A stretch of DNA of 64,000 bases from NCBI GenBank assembly GCA_937925845.1, contig CALAML010000150.1, positions 8,235-72,234 of the forward strand, written 5' to 3'. The stretch's first letter is position 1, and every line of letters begins with the position of its first letter. This DNA is from an uncultured Acidimicrobiales bacterium (GTDB lineage Bacteria; Actinomycetota; Acidimicrobiia; Acidimicrobiales; CALAML01). Shown here one piece after another: positions 7,969 to 16,891 of the stretch. The translations under genes were made by a program, and so were the position numbers. The notes under the pieces are model-generated. The model did not search any database. It was not told the origin of the DNA and saw nothing but the letters and a program-made list of their open reading frames with translations.

Positions 7969-9435
7969 GTGAACACCACCACCCCCGGGCACCAACACCT
8001 CGGCCGCCGAACCCGGCTGCTTGTTCCGATGCTGGTAGTCGCCCTCATTGCCTCCATCACCGCCATCGCCACCGCGCTGAACCCCTCCCCGGCCGGCGCC
8101 ACCTCCTGTGCCCCACCCCAACCCGGCGACAGTGAGCTCGAACTCATCCTCATCGGCACCGTTGCCTCCCGCACCAGGTCCGGTGTGGACATCCCCTCGC
8201 TCGGGGCACCAGCCGACTTCTACACTCACCGACTCACCAACGTCCGAGTACTCAAGGGAGTGGTCCCGACCGACCTGCGTATCGTGGCTCCCGAACAAAA
8301 CGGCATCAACCTCGGCCTAACCCTCACCGAAGGCCGGCGCTACGGCTTTGCGTTCTATCGAGTCGACAGCAATCGGCTTGAAGTTGGCGTCTGCACCGCG
8401 CTCACGCCTGGTGAAGTTCGGGCCCTGGTCGCGGCACCGCCGGCGTGCACCATCACCGGAACGCCCGGCGATGATGTGCTCAAAGGAACCCCTGGCAACG
8501 ACGTGATCTGCGGCTACGGCGGAAACGACACTCTCCACGGGCTCGGCGGCAACGACATCCTTCGCGGCGGGGACGGCAACGACACCCTCCTTGGCGGCAC
8601 CGGCCGAGACATTCTGCTGGGCCACCGTGGCAACGACCTCCTTCGCGGCGGCAAGGGCGGCGACGCTCTACGCGGCGGACCCGGAACCGACCGCTGCTTC
8701 GACCCGGCCGCCGGCCGAACCGTCGGCTCGGCTTGCGAGAAGGGATCCGTAGCCATCGCCACCTCGCTGACCGCGGCCCGAGCCTGGTGGAACAACGCAG
8801 ACGTCGATGAGTTCGCCTACCAACTCACGGTCGAGTGCGAACAACTAGATGCCTGTTCCTTCTTCAGCGGCGTGGTTGTGGCCGACGGCGAAGTCCGCAC
8901 CGAGGACCCGTCGCTCACCGGCTTCGGACCCGAGGAACTCTTCGACATGGCGGCCGAGAGCATCGACAACAACGTTGCCGTTCGCTTCCATCCCCGTCTC
9001 GGGCTCCCCGTCGCCTTCGAAAACGCCGACGGCGAGGCGGTTCAGGTCCGGCGGCTCCAGAACCGCACGCTGATCCGCAACCGGGTCGAAAGGGCACAAC
9101 AACGGTGGCTGGATGCGGGCATCGACGATTACACCTTCGAGACCCAGACCAGCTGCTTTTGCGCCGGGGTTGGCTTCTCCCAAATCACAGTGGTCGACAA
9201 CTCAGTCATGGAGGTCACCCCGCTCGATGCGGATATCTTCGCTCCGCAGAACCCACCGACGATCCCCGGCCACTTCACTGAGATCACCGAGGCCCTCAAC
9301 GGCACGGTGGCCCAGGTTCAGGTGAGCTTCGACACCGAACTCGGCTACCCAACCGACTACTACATCGACGTGTCGGAACTGATCGCGGATGAGGAAGCGG
9401 GAGTCACCATCCGCAACCTGTCACCGACCGGCTAG
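7969..9435 (+). CDS. membrane-anchored protein with RTX-type calcium-binding nonapeptide repeats and two C-terminal Cys-containing domains
   Basis: ORF 7759..9435. I prefer the in-frame GTG 7969, which precedes the anchor 'LLVPMLVVALIASITAIATAL'. Repeats run 'GTPGNDVICGYGGNDTLHGLGGNDILRGGDGNDTLLGGTGRDILLGHRGNDLLRGGKGGDALRGGPGTD'. The C-terminal halves carry 'YQLTVECEQLDAC' and 'YTFETQTSCFCAG'. Confidence 0.7.
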   Translation: MNTTTPGHQHLGRRTRLLVPMLVVALIASITAIATALNPSPAGATSCAPPQPGDSELELILIGTVASRTRSGVDIPSLGAPADFYTHRLTNVRVLKGVVPTDLRIVAPEQNGINLGLTLTEGRRYGFAFYRVDSNRLEVGVCTALTPGEVRALVAAPPACTITGTPGDDVLKGTPGNDVICGYGGNDTLHGLGGNDILRGGDGNDTLLGGTGRDILLGHRGNDLLRGGKGGDALRGGPGTDRCFDPAAGRTVGSACEKGSVAIATSLTAARAWWNNADVDEFAYQLTVECEQLDACSFFSGVVVADGEVRTEDPSLTGFGPEELFDMAAESIDNNVAVRFHPRLGLPVAFENADGEAVQVRRLQNRTLIRNRVERAQQRWLDAGIDDYTFETQTSCFCAGVGFSQITVVDNSVMEVTPLDADIFAPQNPPTIPGHFTEITEALNGTVAQVQVSFDTELGYPTDYYIDVSELIADEEAGVTIRNLSPTG

Positions 9436-9489
9436 TCGACCGTCGTCGGCACGCGCCGGATCGCACCGGATCGGTGCGACACTAGCGCC

Positions 9490-9975
9490 ATGGAATCCCT
9501 CTTCTGGCTCGCCGGCACGCTGGCGGCCCACGCCATCTGGAGCGTGAGCGACGGCAGCCCCCTGGTGCCGATGATCGGCCACGACCTCCGCGACGGCAAG
9601 CAACACATGATGCGCCTCCTCGGCGACAACCTCGAAGATGGCGTGGCCCTCGGTCGCCAACGCCTCGAAACCAACGAAGACGACGCGGCCCGGGCCGTGC
9701 TGGTCTTTGATGCCTTCTTCACCGACGACAAGGGCGAAACCGAAGCGGTGATGCTGGATGGCCGCGACTACGACCACGGCGGCAACTTTGCCCTAGCCGT
9801 GCCCTACCGCAACGCTTCGACCCCGGAGGGTTTCGCCGTCCGACCACCCAAATTCCTGTCGTTCAGCGGCGGCGAAACCGAGCTCGAACCGTTGGCCGAA
9901 GTGTTCTTCCAGGGCGTCGACGCCCACACTGAAGCGGCCCAAGCCTGGCACCGCTACTGGTCCCCGAACGAGTGA
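9490..9975 (+). CDS. hypothetical protein
   Basis: Coding-like third-position GC. Stop overlaps the next gene start (GTGA). No motif recognised. Confidence 0.5.
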   Translation: MESLFWLAGTLAAHAIWSVSDGSPLVPMIGHDLRDGKQHMMRLLGDNLEDGVALGRQRLETNEDDAARAVLVFDAFFTDDKGETEAVMLDGRDYDHGGNFALAVPYRNASTPEGFAVRPPKFLSFSGGETELEPLAEVFFQGVDAHTEAAQAWHRYWSPNE

Positions 9976-10382
9976 CGGCGGCCCGGCGCCGTTACGCGGC
10001 AGCCTTTGTTGTCACCATCGTGGTCGGCGTCGCCAGCCGCATTTTCGTCACCGGCCTGCTGGTGTTCGACAAGTACCTGGGCGACGCCCTCTATGCCGTG
10101 GCCATCTACCTCGTACTGGCCATGGCCTTTCCCGAGCGACGCCCCGCCGAACGGGCCGCCCTCACCACAGTGGCAGTGTTGGCGGTCGAGTCGTTCCAGC
10201 TCACCGGATGGCCGGCCGACTGGCGCGCCGACGGGTCACCGGTACTCCGATTTATCTCGGTCGTGCTCGGCGCCAAGTTCGGCTGGTGGGACATCGTGGC
10301 CTACCTGGTCGGCATCGGCGCCATCACCGGCATCGACCGCTCTCGCCTCCATCAGGACTCCCGCTCGGAAAGCAATCGATGA
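9972..10382 (+). CDS. small integral membrane protein (DUF2809-like)
   Basis: Four hydrophobic segments. 'KYLGDALYAVAIYLVL' and 'FGWWDIVAYLVGIG' resemble the DUF2809 signature as I recall it. Confidence 0.6.
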   Translation: MTAARRRYAAAFVVTIVVGVASRIFVTGLLVFDKYLGDALYAVAIYLVLAMAFPERRPAERAALTTVAVLAVESFQLTGWPADWRADGSPVLRFISVVLGAKFGWWDIVAYLVGIGAITGIDRSRLHQDSRSESNR

Positions 10383-11602
10383 CCCGAACCCGACTCCGCG
10401 ATACCGAATTTGTCGCGTTTATGGCCCTGGTTAGTGCGATGGGGGCGTTGGCTATCGACATGTTGCTGCCGGCATTTTCGGATATGCGGCCCGACTTTGG
10501 CCTGGCCGAGGACTCCCCGGCGCTGGGGCTGACCCTCACGCTGTTCTTCATCGGGTCGGGGATCGGCCAACTGGTCCTGGGCCCACTCGCCGATGCTGTT
10601 GGCCGCAAGCCGGTGATGGTGGCATCGATGACGCTGTATGGCCTCGGGGCGCTGGCCAGCGCTCTGGCCCCCACCCTCGGGTTTCTTTACGCGGCCCGTT
10701 TCGCCTGGGGCGTAGCCGCGGCCGGGCCGCGGGTGCTGAGCCAGGCGATTGTCCGCGACCGCTACCAGGGCGACGACATGGCGCGGGTCATGTCGCTGAT
10801 CCAGGCCATCTTCTTCCTGGGCCCCGTGGTGGCCCCGATCATCGGCGCCGGCCTCGTGGCGGTCGGCTCCTGGCGCTGGGTAATGGCCTTTGGCGTAGCC
10901 AGCGCCGCCGTGGTGTTGGCCTGGTCGACCCGCCTCGAGGAGACGCTCAGCGACCAGAACCGGCGAGCGTTTCAGATCGATGCCATCACCTCCGGATTCT
11001 CCGCGGTGTTTCGCAACCGCACCACCACCCTCTATGCCTTGTCGGTGTCGTTTTCGTTCGCCTCGATCTTTGCCTTCCTCGGCAGCGTCGAGTTGATCGT
11101 TGACGACGTGTTCGACCGGGCCGGGATCTTCGTGCCGCTCTTTTCCGTCCTCGCCCTCGGACTCGGCTTAGTGGCCTTCACCACCAACCGGCTTTTGCAA
11201 CGCACCCCGGGTCGGGTCCTGGCCCTGCGGGCAGGCGTCGCCATGCTTGCAGCCTCGGCGGTGCTCGCCGCCATCGCCCTCGCAGGAGAAGGCGAACCCA
11301 ACTTCTGGCTGTGGATCATCGTGTTCGGCGCCTGCAACGGCGCAAACGTGGCCTATTTCCCGGTGGCCACCAGCCTGGCGATGGAGCCGATGGGCGAACA
11401 GGCCGGCACCGCCGCCGCAGTTATCGGTTTCATCAGCGCGGTCATCGGCTCGGTACTGGGCGGCCTTGTGGACCGGGCCTTCGATGGCTCGGTCACACCG
11501 CTCTCGCTGAGCTTTGTCGCCTTCACCGGCGTTTCACTGGTGCTGCAGCTGTGGGCTCGCAAAGAAATGGCGGAGGTGGACGGGAATCGAACCCGCCTGT
11601 GA
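10379..11602 (+). CDS. MFS transporter (Bcr/CflA-like drug-efflux subfamily)
   Basis: ORF 10208..11602. The start at ATG 10379 overlaps the upstream stop (ATGA). MFS motif A 'GPLADAVGRKPV'. About 12 hydrophobic helices. The last ~35 nt overlap tRNA-Sec on the opposite strand. Confidence 0.85.
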   Translation: MTRTRLRDTEFVAFMALVSAMGALAIDMLLPAFSDMRPDFGLAEDSPALGLTLTLFFIGSGIGQLVLGPLADAVGRKPVMVASMTLYGLGALASALAPTLGFLYAARFAWGVAAAGPRVLSQAIVRDRYQGDDMARVMSLIQAIFFLGPVVAPIIGAGLVAVGSWRWVMAFGVASAAVVLAWSTRLEETLSDQNRRAFQIDAITSGFSAVFRNRTTTLYALSVSFSFASIFAFLGSVELIVDDVFDRAGIFVPLFSVLALGLGLVAFTTNRLLQRTPGRVLALRAGVAMLAASAVLAAIALAGEGEPNFWLWIIVFGACNGANVAYFPVATSLAMEPMGEQAGTAAAVIGFISAVIGSVLGGLVDRAFDGSVTPLSLSFVAFTGVSLVLQLWARKEMAEVDGNRTRL

Positions 11603-11663
11603 AGGATCACTCCACACACCCGCTTTGAAGGCGGGGGAGCCCACCAGGTACTCAGACACCTCC
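11568..11663 (-). tRNA. selC: tRNA-Sec (anticodon UCA)
   Basis: The reverse complement reads GGAGGTGTCTGAGTACCTGGTGGGCTCCCCCGCCTTCAAAGCGGGTGTGTGGAGTGATCCTTCACAGGCGGGTTCGATTCCCGTCCACCTCCGCCA. Anticodon stem CCCGC/GCGGG with loop CTTCAAA gives UCA. The D stem is 6 bp with a small loop, the variable arm is a long 7-bp helix (TGTGGAG/CTTCACA), the T arm is GCGGG-TTCGATT-CCCGT, the discriminator is G and CCA is encoded. This is the same architecture as E. coli selC. Confidence 0.9.
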
Positions 11664-11696
11664 CAGACCCGAAATGGTATCTGGATCAGGCCCGTT

Positions 11697-11745
11697 TAAA
11701 CAGAAGTCTGATCAAACAGAGGTCTGATCAAACAGAGAGCAGATC
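11697..11745. repeat. 16-bp tandem repeat (AAACAGARGTCTGATC, about 2.5 copies) spanning the sigma-factor stop codon
   Basis: ttAAACAGAAGTCTGATCAAACAGAGGTCTGATCAAACAGAGAGCAGATC. It lies between the sigma gene stop (11728) and the 5' end of tRNA-Sec (11663). Confidence 0.8.
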
Positions 11746-12666
11746 CCGGGCGCCGGTATCGCTGGAGGGGTGGCGCAGCTTCGACATGGCCCGGGCTTCG
11801 ATCTGGCGAATGCGCTCACGGGTGAGGTTGAAGTGCTCGCCAACCTCTTCGAGGGTGCGAGGCTCGCCACGGTCGAGACCGAAACGCAGCTTCAGAATCT
11901 CACGCTCACGCTCGTCGAGCGGAGCCAGCAGCCGGGAAATCTCCTCGGGAAGCAGCGCGGTAGCGGCTACCTCAAAGGGAGACTCGGCCGAACGGTCTTC
12001 TACGACGTCGCCAAGTTCAGCATCGCCATCTTCTCGAAGCGGCTCCGACAGTGACAGCGGCTCAGCGGCAAAGCGCAGGGCCTCGGTCACCTTCTCTTCC
12101 GGCATTTCAACTTCGATCGAGAGCTCCGAAAGCGTCGCCGGACGGCCCAACTTCAGCTCGAGGCGAGCCCGAGCCTTTTGCAGCCGAGCCAAGGTGTCTC
12201 CGGCGTGAACCGGGAGACGGATGGTGCGGCCGGTGTTGGCGATACCGCGGGTGATGGCCTGACGGATCCACCAGGTGGCATAGGTCGAGAACTTGAAACC
12301 CTTACGCCAGTCGAACTTCTCGACCGCGTGCATCAGGCCCAGGTTGCCTTCCTGGATGAGATCGAGCAGCGGCAGGCCCGAAGCCTGGTACTTCTTGGCG
12401 ATCGAGACCACCAAACGAAGGTTGCTCTGTACGAAGGTGCGCTCGGCGTCTTCGCCTTCACGAAGGGCACGGCGCAACTCGCGCTTGCGGGCCGGGGTGG
12501 GGCTGGCGCCAGGGGCTTCCATCTCCGCCCGAGCAGCCGCTCCGGCCTCGATGGCCTGGGCCAAACGAACCTCGTCCTCTTTGGTCAGTAGCGGGTACTG
12601 TCCGATGTCGGTCAGGTAGAGCCGGACCAGATCCTCTTCATCCCGCTCAACTCTCTCCTTGGCCAA
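11728..12666 (-). CDS. RNA polymerase sigma-70 family factor, group 2 (SigB/Hrd-like)
   Basis: Region 2 'LIQEGNLGLMHAVEKFDWRKGFKFSTYATWWIRQAITR', region 3, and region 4.2 'LEEVGEHFNLTRERIRQIEARAMSKLR'. The ORF opens at 12792. I prefer TTG 12666, which has GGAAAGG 8 nt upstream and gives 312 aa. Confidence 0.9.
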   Translation of the reverse strand: MAKERVERDEEDLVRLYLTDIGQYPLLTKEDEVRLAQAIEAGAAARAEMEAPGASPTPARKRELRRALREGEDAERTFVQSNLRLVVSIAKKYQASGLPLLDLIQEGNLGLMHAVEKFDWRKGFKFSTYATWWIRQAITRGIANTGRTIRLPVHAGDTLARLQKARARLELKLGRPATLSELSIEVEMPEEKVTEALRFAAEPLSLSEPLREDGDAELGDVVEDRSAESPFEVAATALLPEEISRLLAPLDEREREILKLRFGLDRGEPRTLEEVGEHFNLTRERIRQIEARAMSKLRHPSSDTGARDLLSV

Positions 12667-12949
12667 CGTGCGACCTTTCCGCTGAAGTGGGGGACGGGTG
12701 AAAATCCGAATCGCCAGAAGCTTGACAATTCGATCTCTGGAGGTTACCGGCACAACTGGCAAACGGCTCCGACTTTTAAGATACAGAAGCAAAGAGCTTC
12801 TGAGTAGGGCTCAAGGGCACATTTCACTCAATTCGACCCATAAAGGGGTCAACCGACCTATCTGGCGGCTGGTCATGATGCGCCCTGTGACCCATGTCAG
12901 ACTACGGATGGGCCACACAGTCCTGTAGAACAACCCGTTTGGAGCCCCG

Positions 12950-13273
12950 GTGAGCAACGAAGTAGACGACATCGAAGTGGCCATGGTGACCATGACCTTC
13001 GATACCACCGACATGGAGACGCTTTTGGGCGTGTTGTCGAAGTACGTGGTGATCAGCCGCAGTCAGGATGGCTGTCGCAACATCGACCTGGGGGCGTCGA
13101 CCACCGTGGAGGGTCGGTTCATGATCGTGCAGAAATGGGAGTCGATCGAAGCCCAACAGGCCCACTTCGACTCACCGGCCATGATCGAAATGGCCGAATC
13201 CTGCCGTGGCATCCTGTCGAAAGCACCCACGATCGACCTGATCGAACCGATCACCGTTCACGACCTGAACTGA
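12950..13273 (+). CDS. antibiotic-biosynthesis-monooxygenase (ABM) domain protein
   Basis: At 107 aa it fits the ferredoxin-like ABM pattern: 'VTMTFDT...RSQDGCRNIDL...FMIVQKWESIEAQQAHFDSP'. GTG start. Confidence 0.7.
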   Translation: MSNEVDDIEVAMVTMTFDTTDMETLLGVLSKYVVISRSQDGCRNIDLGASTTVEGRFMIVQKWESIEAQQAHFDSPAMIEMAESCRGILSKAPTIDLIEPITVHDLN

Positions 13274-13292
13274 GTGAGAACGCTGACCTGCG

Positions 13293-13853
13293 TTAGACCG
13301 CGGCCTCCGGGCGAGCGGCGGCGGCGTCATCACTCAACGACACGATTTCGGCCCAGGTAAGGCTCTCTGCGGTCCACAGCCGGTCAAAGGCGGCGTCGCC
13401 GGTATCGGTAAAGCCGTGGCGGTTGCGGAAGTTATACAGCCGGCGCTGGCGCTGACTGCGAAAGCCGAGCCGATCGAGCCGGCCCACCACATAGGTGTTC
13501 CACGCGGTGGCGACCAGCAGCGAAATTTCCTCGTTGGGCGGAACCTCGCCGAAGTCCTCCGACCGCCGATCGGCAGCCATCAACAACAGCCGGCCCACGA
13601 TGGTGCGGGCGGCCTCAGGCTGGAACTGACGGATCCGCTTCGGATCCTCGAAGGCGCCACCCTCAACAAAGATCTCGACCGGGTCGATACCGCGGAGTTC
13701 GTTGCCGATCAGGGGAATGTCCTGATCGATCTCCACCGTGATATCGACACTCGCATCGTGGCCGACCGTCTCGGCCACTTCGGTCACCAACGCCAGAATT
13801 GTCCCGTGGTCGAACTCGACCATGGTGAACTCTTCCGGAGTAACGGTTATCAC
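13293..13853 (-). CDS. hypothetical protein, third gene of the ferritin-like operon
   Basis: Overlaps the upstream stop by 4 nt. The plus-strand ORF 13416..14480 looks like antisense noise (Arg/Pro/Ser-rich). Confidence 0.55.
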   Translation of the reverse strand: MITVTPEEFTMVEFDHGTILALVTEVAETVGHDASVDITVEIDQDIPLIGNELRGIDPVEIFVEGGAFEDPKRIRQFQPEAARTIVGRLLLMAADRRSEDFGEVPPNEEISLLVATAWNTYVVGRLDRLGFRSQRQRRLYNFRNRHGFTDTGDAAFDRLWTAESLTWAEIVSLSDDAAAARPEAAV

Positions 13854-14671
13854 GCAGATGCCCCCACGGACTCGACCGATGCGGTTTCGTTCTTCGCCTC
13901 GAGGGCGTCGGCAGCGATGGCGTCGATTTCTTCGTCGTCGAAGCCGGCCAACTCCCGGAAGCGGCGGGCCAGGCGAACCGGGCTGTCCTCGTCGTCGCCG
14001 CGCAAACCGTTAAAGGAAAACAGCTTGTCGACCACCCGCTGGAATTCGAGAGCCCGGGTGCGACGCTCGGGATCGTTGGCGGTGATCTTGCGTAGCCAAT
14101 CCGAACCCATCTTCACGTGGGTGACCTCATCGGCGAGCATCCAATCCTCACAGAAGGTAAGGACCGGGTCGCCGGCGATCTTGCCGAACTCCCGCATCGA
14201 GTTGAACACATCGATGGCCAGACCCTCGAGAGCCCGGTTTACCCCGGTCAGCCGCAGAATCGGATCCGGGTTGCAGGCGGCCCGATACAGAAAGGCCGAC
14301 TCGCCGAACTCGCCGATCTCGGTGCCCATATGCTCTGACAGCTTGATCGAGATCTCCACATGCCGGGACTCGTCCCAGCACTGGCGGGCCATGTCGAGCT
14401 TCAGCTCAAACGGCACCTGGTACTCATCGGATCCGGCCTCGAAATCCCAGCAGGTGCGACCGGCACCCTCCAACGCCTGAATCTCGCCGACAAAGATGCC
14501 GTGCATCATCGACCGAGCCCCGTCGGGACCACCACGCTGGCTCGGCTTCAGCCGGGCTGAACGCGGGTTTGAAGCCCCGTTCGAGCGCGGATCTTCAATC
14601 CGGGCCTCGGCCGGCACCCGCACGAACCGGTCGTCGCGGGCCAGATCCTCGGGTGGAAAGAGATTGCGCAT
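13850..14671 (-). CDS. ferritin-like di-iron protein (DUF455-like)
   Basis: Two E-x-x-H motifs, 'WDESRHVEISI' and 'LADEVTHVKMG', plus 'EIQALEGAGR' and 'LEGLAIDVF' helices. Confidence 0.7.
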   Translation of the reverse strand: MRNLFPPEDLARDDRFVRVPAEARIEDPRSNGASNPRSARLKPSQRGGPDGARSMMHGIFVGEIQALEGAGRTCWDFEAGSDEYQVPFELKLDMARQCWDESRHVEISIKLSEHMGTEIGEFGESAFLYRAACNPDPILRLTGVNRALEGLAIDVFNSMREFGKIAGDPVLTFCEDWMLADEVTHVKMGSDWLRKITANDPERRTRALEFQRVVDKLFSFNGLRGDDEDSPVRLARRFRELAGFDDEEIDAIAADALEAKNETASVESVGASA

Positions 14672-14695
14672 AGCTCGTACCTCTTGTTCAGAGTT

Positions 14696-15346
14696 CTACT
14701 GTTCCGGGATGTCGTAGGGGTCACCAATAGTGCCTGGCCCCGTAATTCCCCCTGCTTTCACCATAAGCTTTTCCAGCTCGGCTTGTCGGGCGGCGGCCCG
14801 ATCCACCTCTTCAGGGGTGGTGATGATCGATTGCAACATCATCTCGCCGTCGCGCCAGTCGGCGTACTCATCCTGGAGGATGAAGTCGATCGAGCGGATC
14901 GTTGGGGCGTCGGTGATCTCGCTCGTGTTGTTGCGGTGGTAGGTGTACGCGGCAATCTTGTGGGGGATCAGCACCCGGTAGACGCCAACCAGCTTCTCGA
15001 TGGTCTGCTCGGCCGCTTCGGGCTCGGTCATGGCATCGACAAAGGCCACCATCTCGTCGTTGGGTGGCTCGGTCAGACGCTCGGGGTTCATCTCCCGCAG
15101 CTCAGGCAGGCGCTTGTGCCACAGCTCGGCATGCCAGGCATGGTGATAACAGTGGGAACCGAGGCGCATCTTCACGTCGAGCTCCGGCACCGTGGCCACC
15201 CATCCGCCGAGCACCTCGAAGAGCCGCATTTCGATCCACTTGTAGTTGCCGACCCGACGGGCCGACTCCTCCACATCGAACGATCCCGGCAGCTGCCGGC
15301 GGTCCCACGGCGCAAACGCCGCTCTCGGCTTCTTCGGATCGGCCAC
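14696..15346 (-). CDS. hypothetical helical protein (His-rich 'HCYHHAWHAELWHKR' motif), first gene of the ferritin-like operon
   Basis: Clean 216-aa ORF with normal composition. The antisense ORF 14684..15349 was rejected. Confidence 0.6.
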   Translation of the reverse strand: MADPKKPRAAFAPWDRRQLPGSFDVEESARRVGNYKWIEMRLFEVLGGWVATVPELDVKMRLGSHCYHHAWHAELWHKRLPELREMNPERLTEPPNDEMVAFVDAMTEPEAAEQTIEKLVGVYRVLIPHKIAAYTYHRNNTSEITDAPTIRSIDFILQDEYADWRDGEMMLQSIITTPEEVDRAAARQAELEKLMVKAGGITGPGTIGDPYDIPEQ

Positions 15347-15430
15347 TAGCCCTCCCTCAAGTCAGGTTCCGCCAGCGTAGGCCCCAGCGGAAGAAATTGC
15401 CGAAATCCGGACAAAAGTTCGTTACGGCGA

Positions 15431-15976
15431 TTGGCCCCGGCTTGGGATGAAACCAGCGCCGACCGGGTTAGAAACAGCGTGCGACCACTCAACAACGACG
15501 ACTGGCTCTACGAATCCAACTGCTTTGTGTGCGAGGCAAAGAATTCGGCCGGACTCCAGATCCCGTTTCATGCCGACGACGACAACCAGCGCGTCGTCGC
15601 CGAGTTCGACCTGGATGACCGCTTCTCCGGAGCCCCAAGCCTGCTTCACGGCGGAGTCACGCTCGCCGTTCTCGATGAGGTTCAAGCCTGGGCCACCATC
15701 GCGCTGGCCCACCGCTTCGCCCTCACCGCCTCAACCCAATGCACCTTTGTGGAGCCGGTCTTTGTCGGCCACCGCTACCGGGCCATCGGCCGGATCGACC
15801 AGGTCACCGACACCGAGATCACCACCACCGGCGAGATCCGCGCCGTGGCCGACGACCGGTTGTGCACCAAGAGCACCTCGACATTCACCATTCTCTCCGA
15901 AGCCAAGATGCGCGAAGTACTCGCCGACGACGCCGAAGCCTCGGCCCCGGTCGAGCACCAGGACTATCTTCGCTGA
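15431..15976 (+). CDS. PaaI-family (hotdog-fold) thioesterase
   Basis: 'GAPSLLHGGVTLAVLDEVQAWA' is a hotdog signature. An N-terminal CFVC is also present. The start is uncertain (TTG 15431 or GTG ~15479). Confidence 0.7.
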   Translation: MAPAWDETSADRVRNSVRPLNNDDWLYESNCFVCEAKNSAGLQIPFHADDDNQRVVAEFDLDDRFSGAPSLLHGGVTLAVLDEVQAWATIALAHRFALTASTQCTFVEPVFVGHRYRAIGRIDQVTDTEITTTGEIRAVADDRLCTKSTSTFTILSEAKMREVLADDAEASAPVEHQDYLR

Positions 15977-16891
15977 ATGACCTCCTACCCAATCGGTATT
16001 GCCGGCCAACCCTGGGGCGCCGCGGAAAAGCAGGCCTGGTTCGAGTCACAATCGGTGCAGCGCAGCTACGCCGATGAAGTACTGACCAGGATCGACTCCC
16101 TCGACGACACCGCCGAGGTGATTCCCTACGGGTCGCTCCCGGTCGACCCTGAGCGCTACCCGCTGCGGGCGATCCGAATCGCCGCCAGTCGGCCCGACGC
16201 GCCCTGGGCGCTCATCACCGGCGGGGTGCACGGCTACGAAACCAGCGGAGTGCAGGGGGCGCTGGCGTTTGTGGCCGACCACGCCGCGGCCTACCGCGAC
16301 CGAGCCAACCTGCTGGTGGCCCCATGTGTCAGCCCGTGGGGATATGAAGTGATCCACCGTTGGAACCCGAACGCCCTCGACCCGAACCGTTCGTTTGTGG
16401 CCGACAGCCAGGCCGAAGAATCGTCGGCGCTGATGACCTTGGTTGCCGAGCTCGGCAACGACTTCGTGATGCACATGGACCTGCACGAAACAACCGACAC
16501 CGACGAAACCGAGTTTCGACCCGCCCTCGCGGCCCGCGATGGCAAGCCCCACGAGCCCGGCACCATTCCTGACGGCTTCTACACCGTCGGCGACACCAAC
16601 AACCCGCAACCCGAATTCCAGGCCGCGATCGTGGCTGGCGTCGAAGCGGTCACCCACATCGCCCCACCCGACGCCGCTGGCGAAATCATCGGCGAAACCC
16701 CAACCCAGCACGGCGTGATCAACTACCCGAACCGGCCATTGGGGCTCTGTGCTGGCATGACCGACGCCCGCTTCACCACTACCACTGAGGTCTACCCCGA
16801 CAGCCCCACCGCCTCACCGCAGATCTGCATCGACGCCCAGATCGCCGCGGTGAAAGCCGGGCTGGACTTTGCACTCGCTACCGTTTTGTAG
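15977..16891 (+). CDS. M14-family zinc carboxypeptidase / succinylglutamate-desuccinylase-like protein
   Basis: 'GGVHGYETSG' (H-x-x-E zinc ligands), 'DPNRSF' and 'MHMDLHET'. ATG immediately follows the upstream TGA. Confidence 0.75.
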   Translation: MTSYPIGIAGQPWGAAEKQAWFESQSVQRSYADEVLTRIDSLDDTAEVIPYGSLPVDPERYPLRAIRIAASRPDAPWALITGGVHGYETSGVQGALAFVADHAAAYRDRANLLVAPCVSPWGYEVIHRWNPNALDPNRSFVADSQAEESSALMTLVAELGNDFVMHMDLHETTDTDETEFRPALAARDGKPHEPGTIPDGFYTVGDTNNPQPEFQAAIVAGVEAVTHIAPPDAAGEIIGETPTQHGVINYPNRPLGLCAGMTDARFTTTTEVYPDSPTASPQICIDAQIAAVKAGLDFALATVL

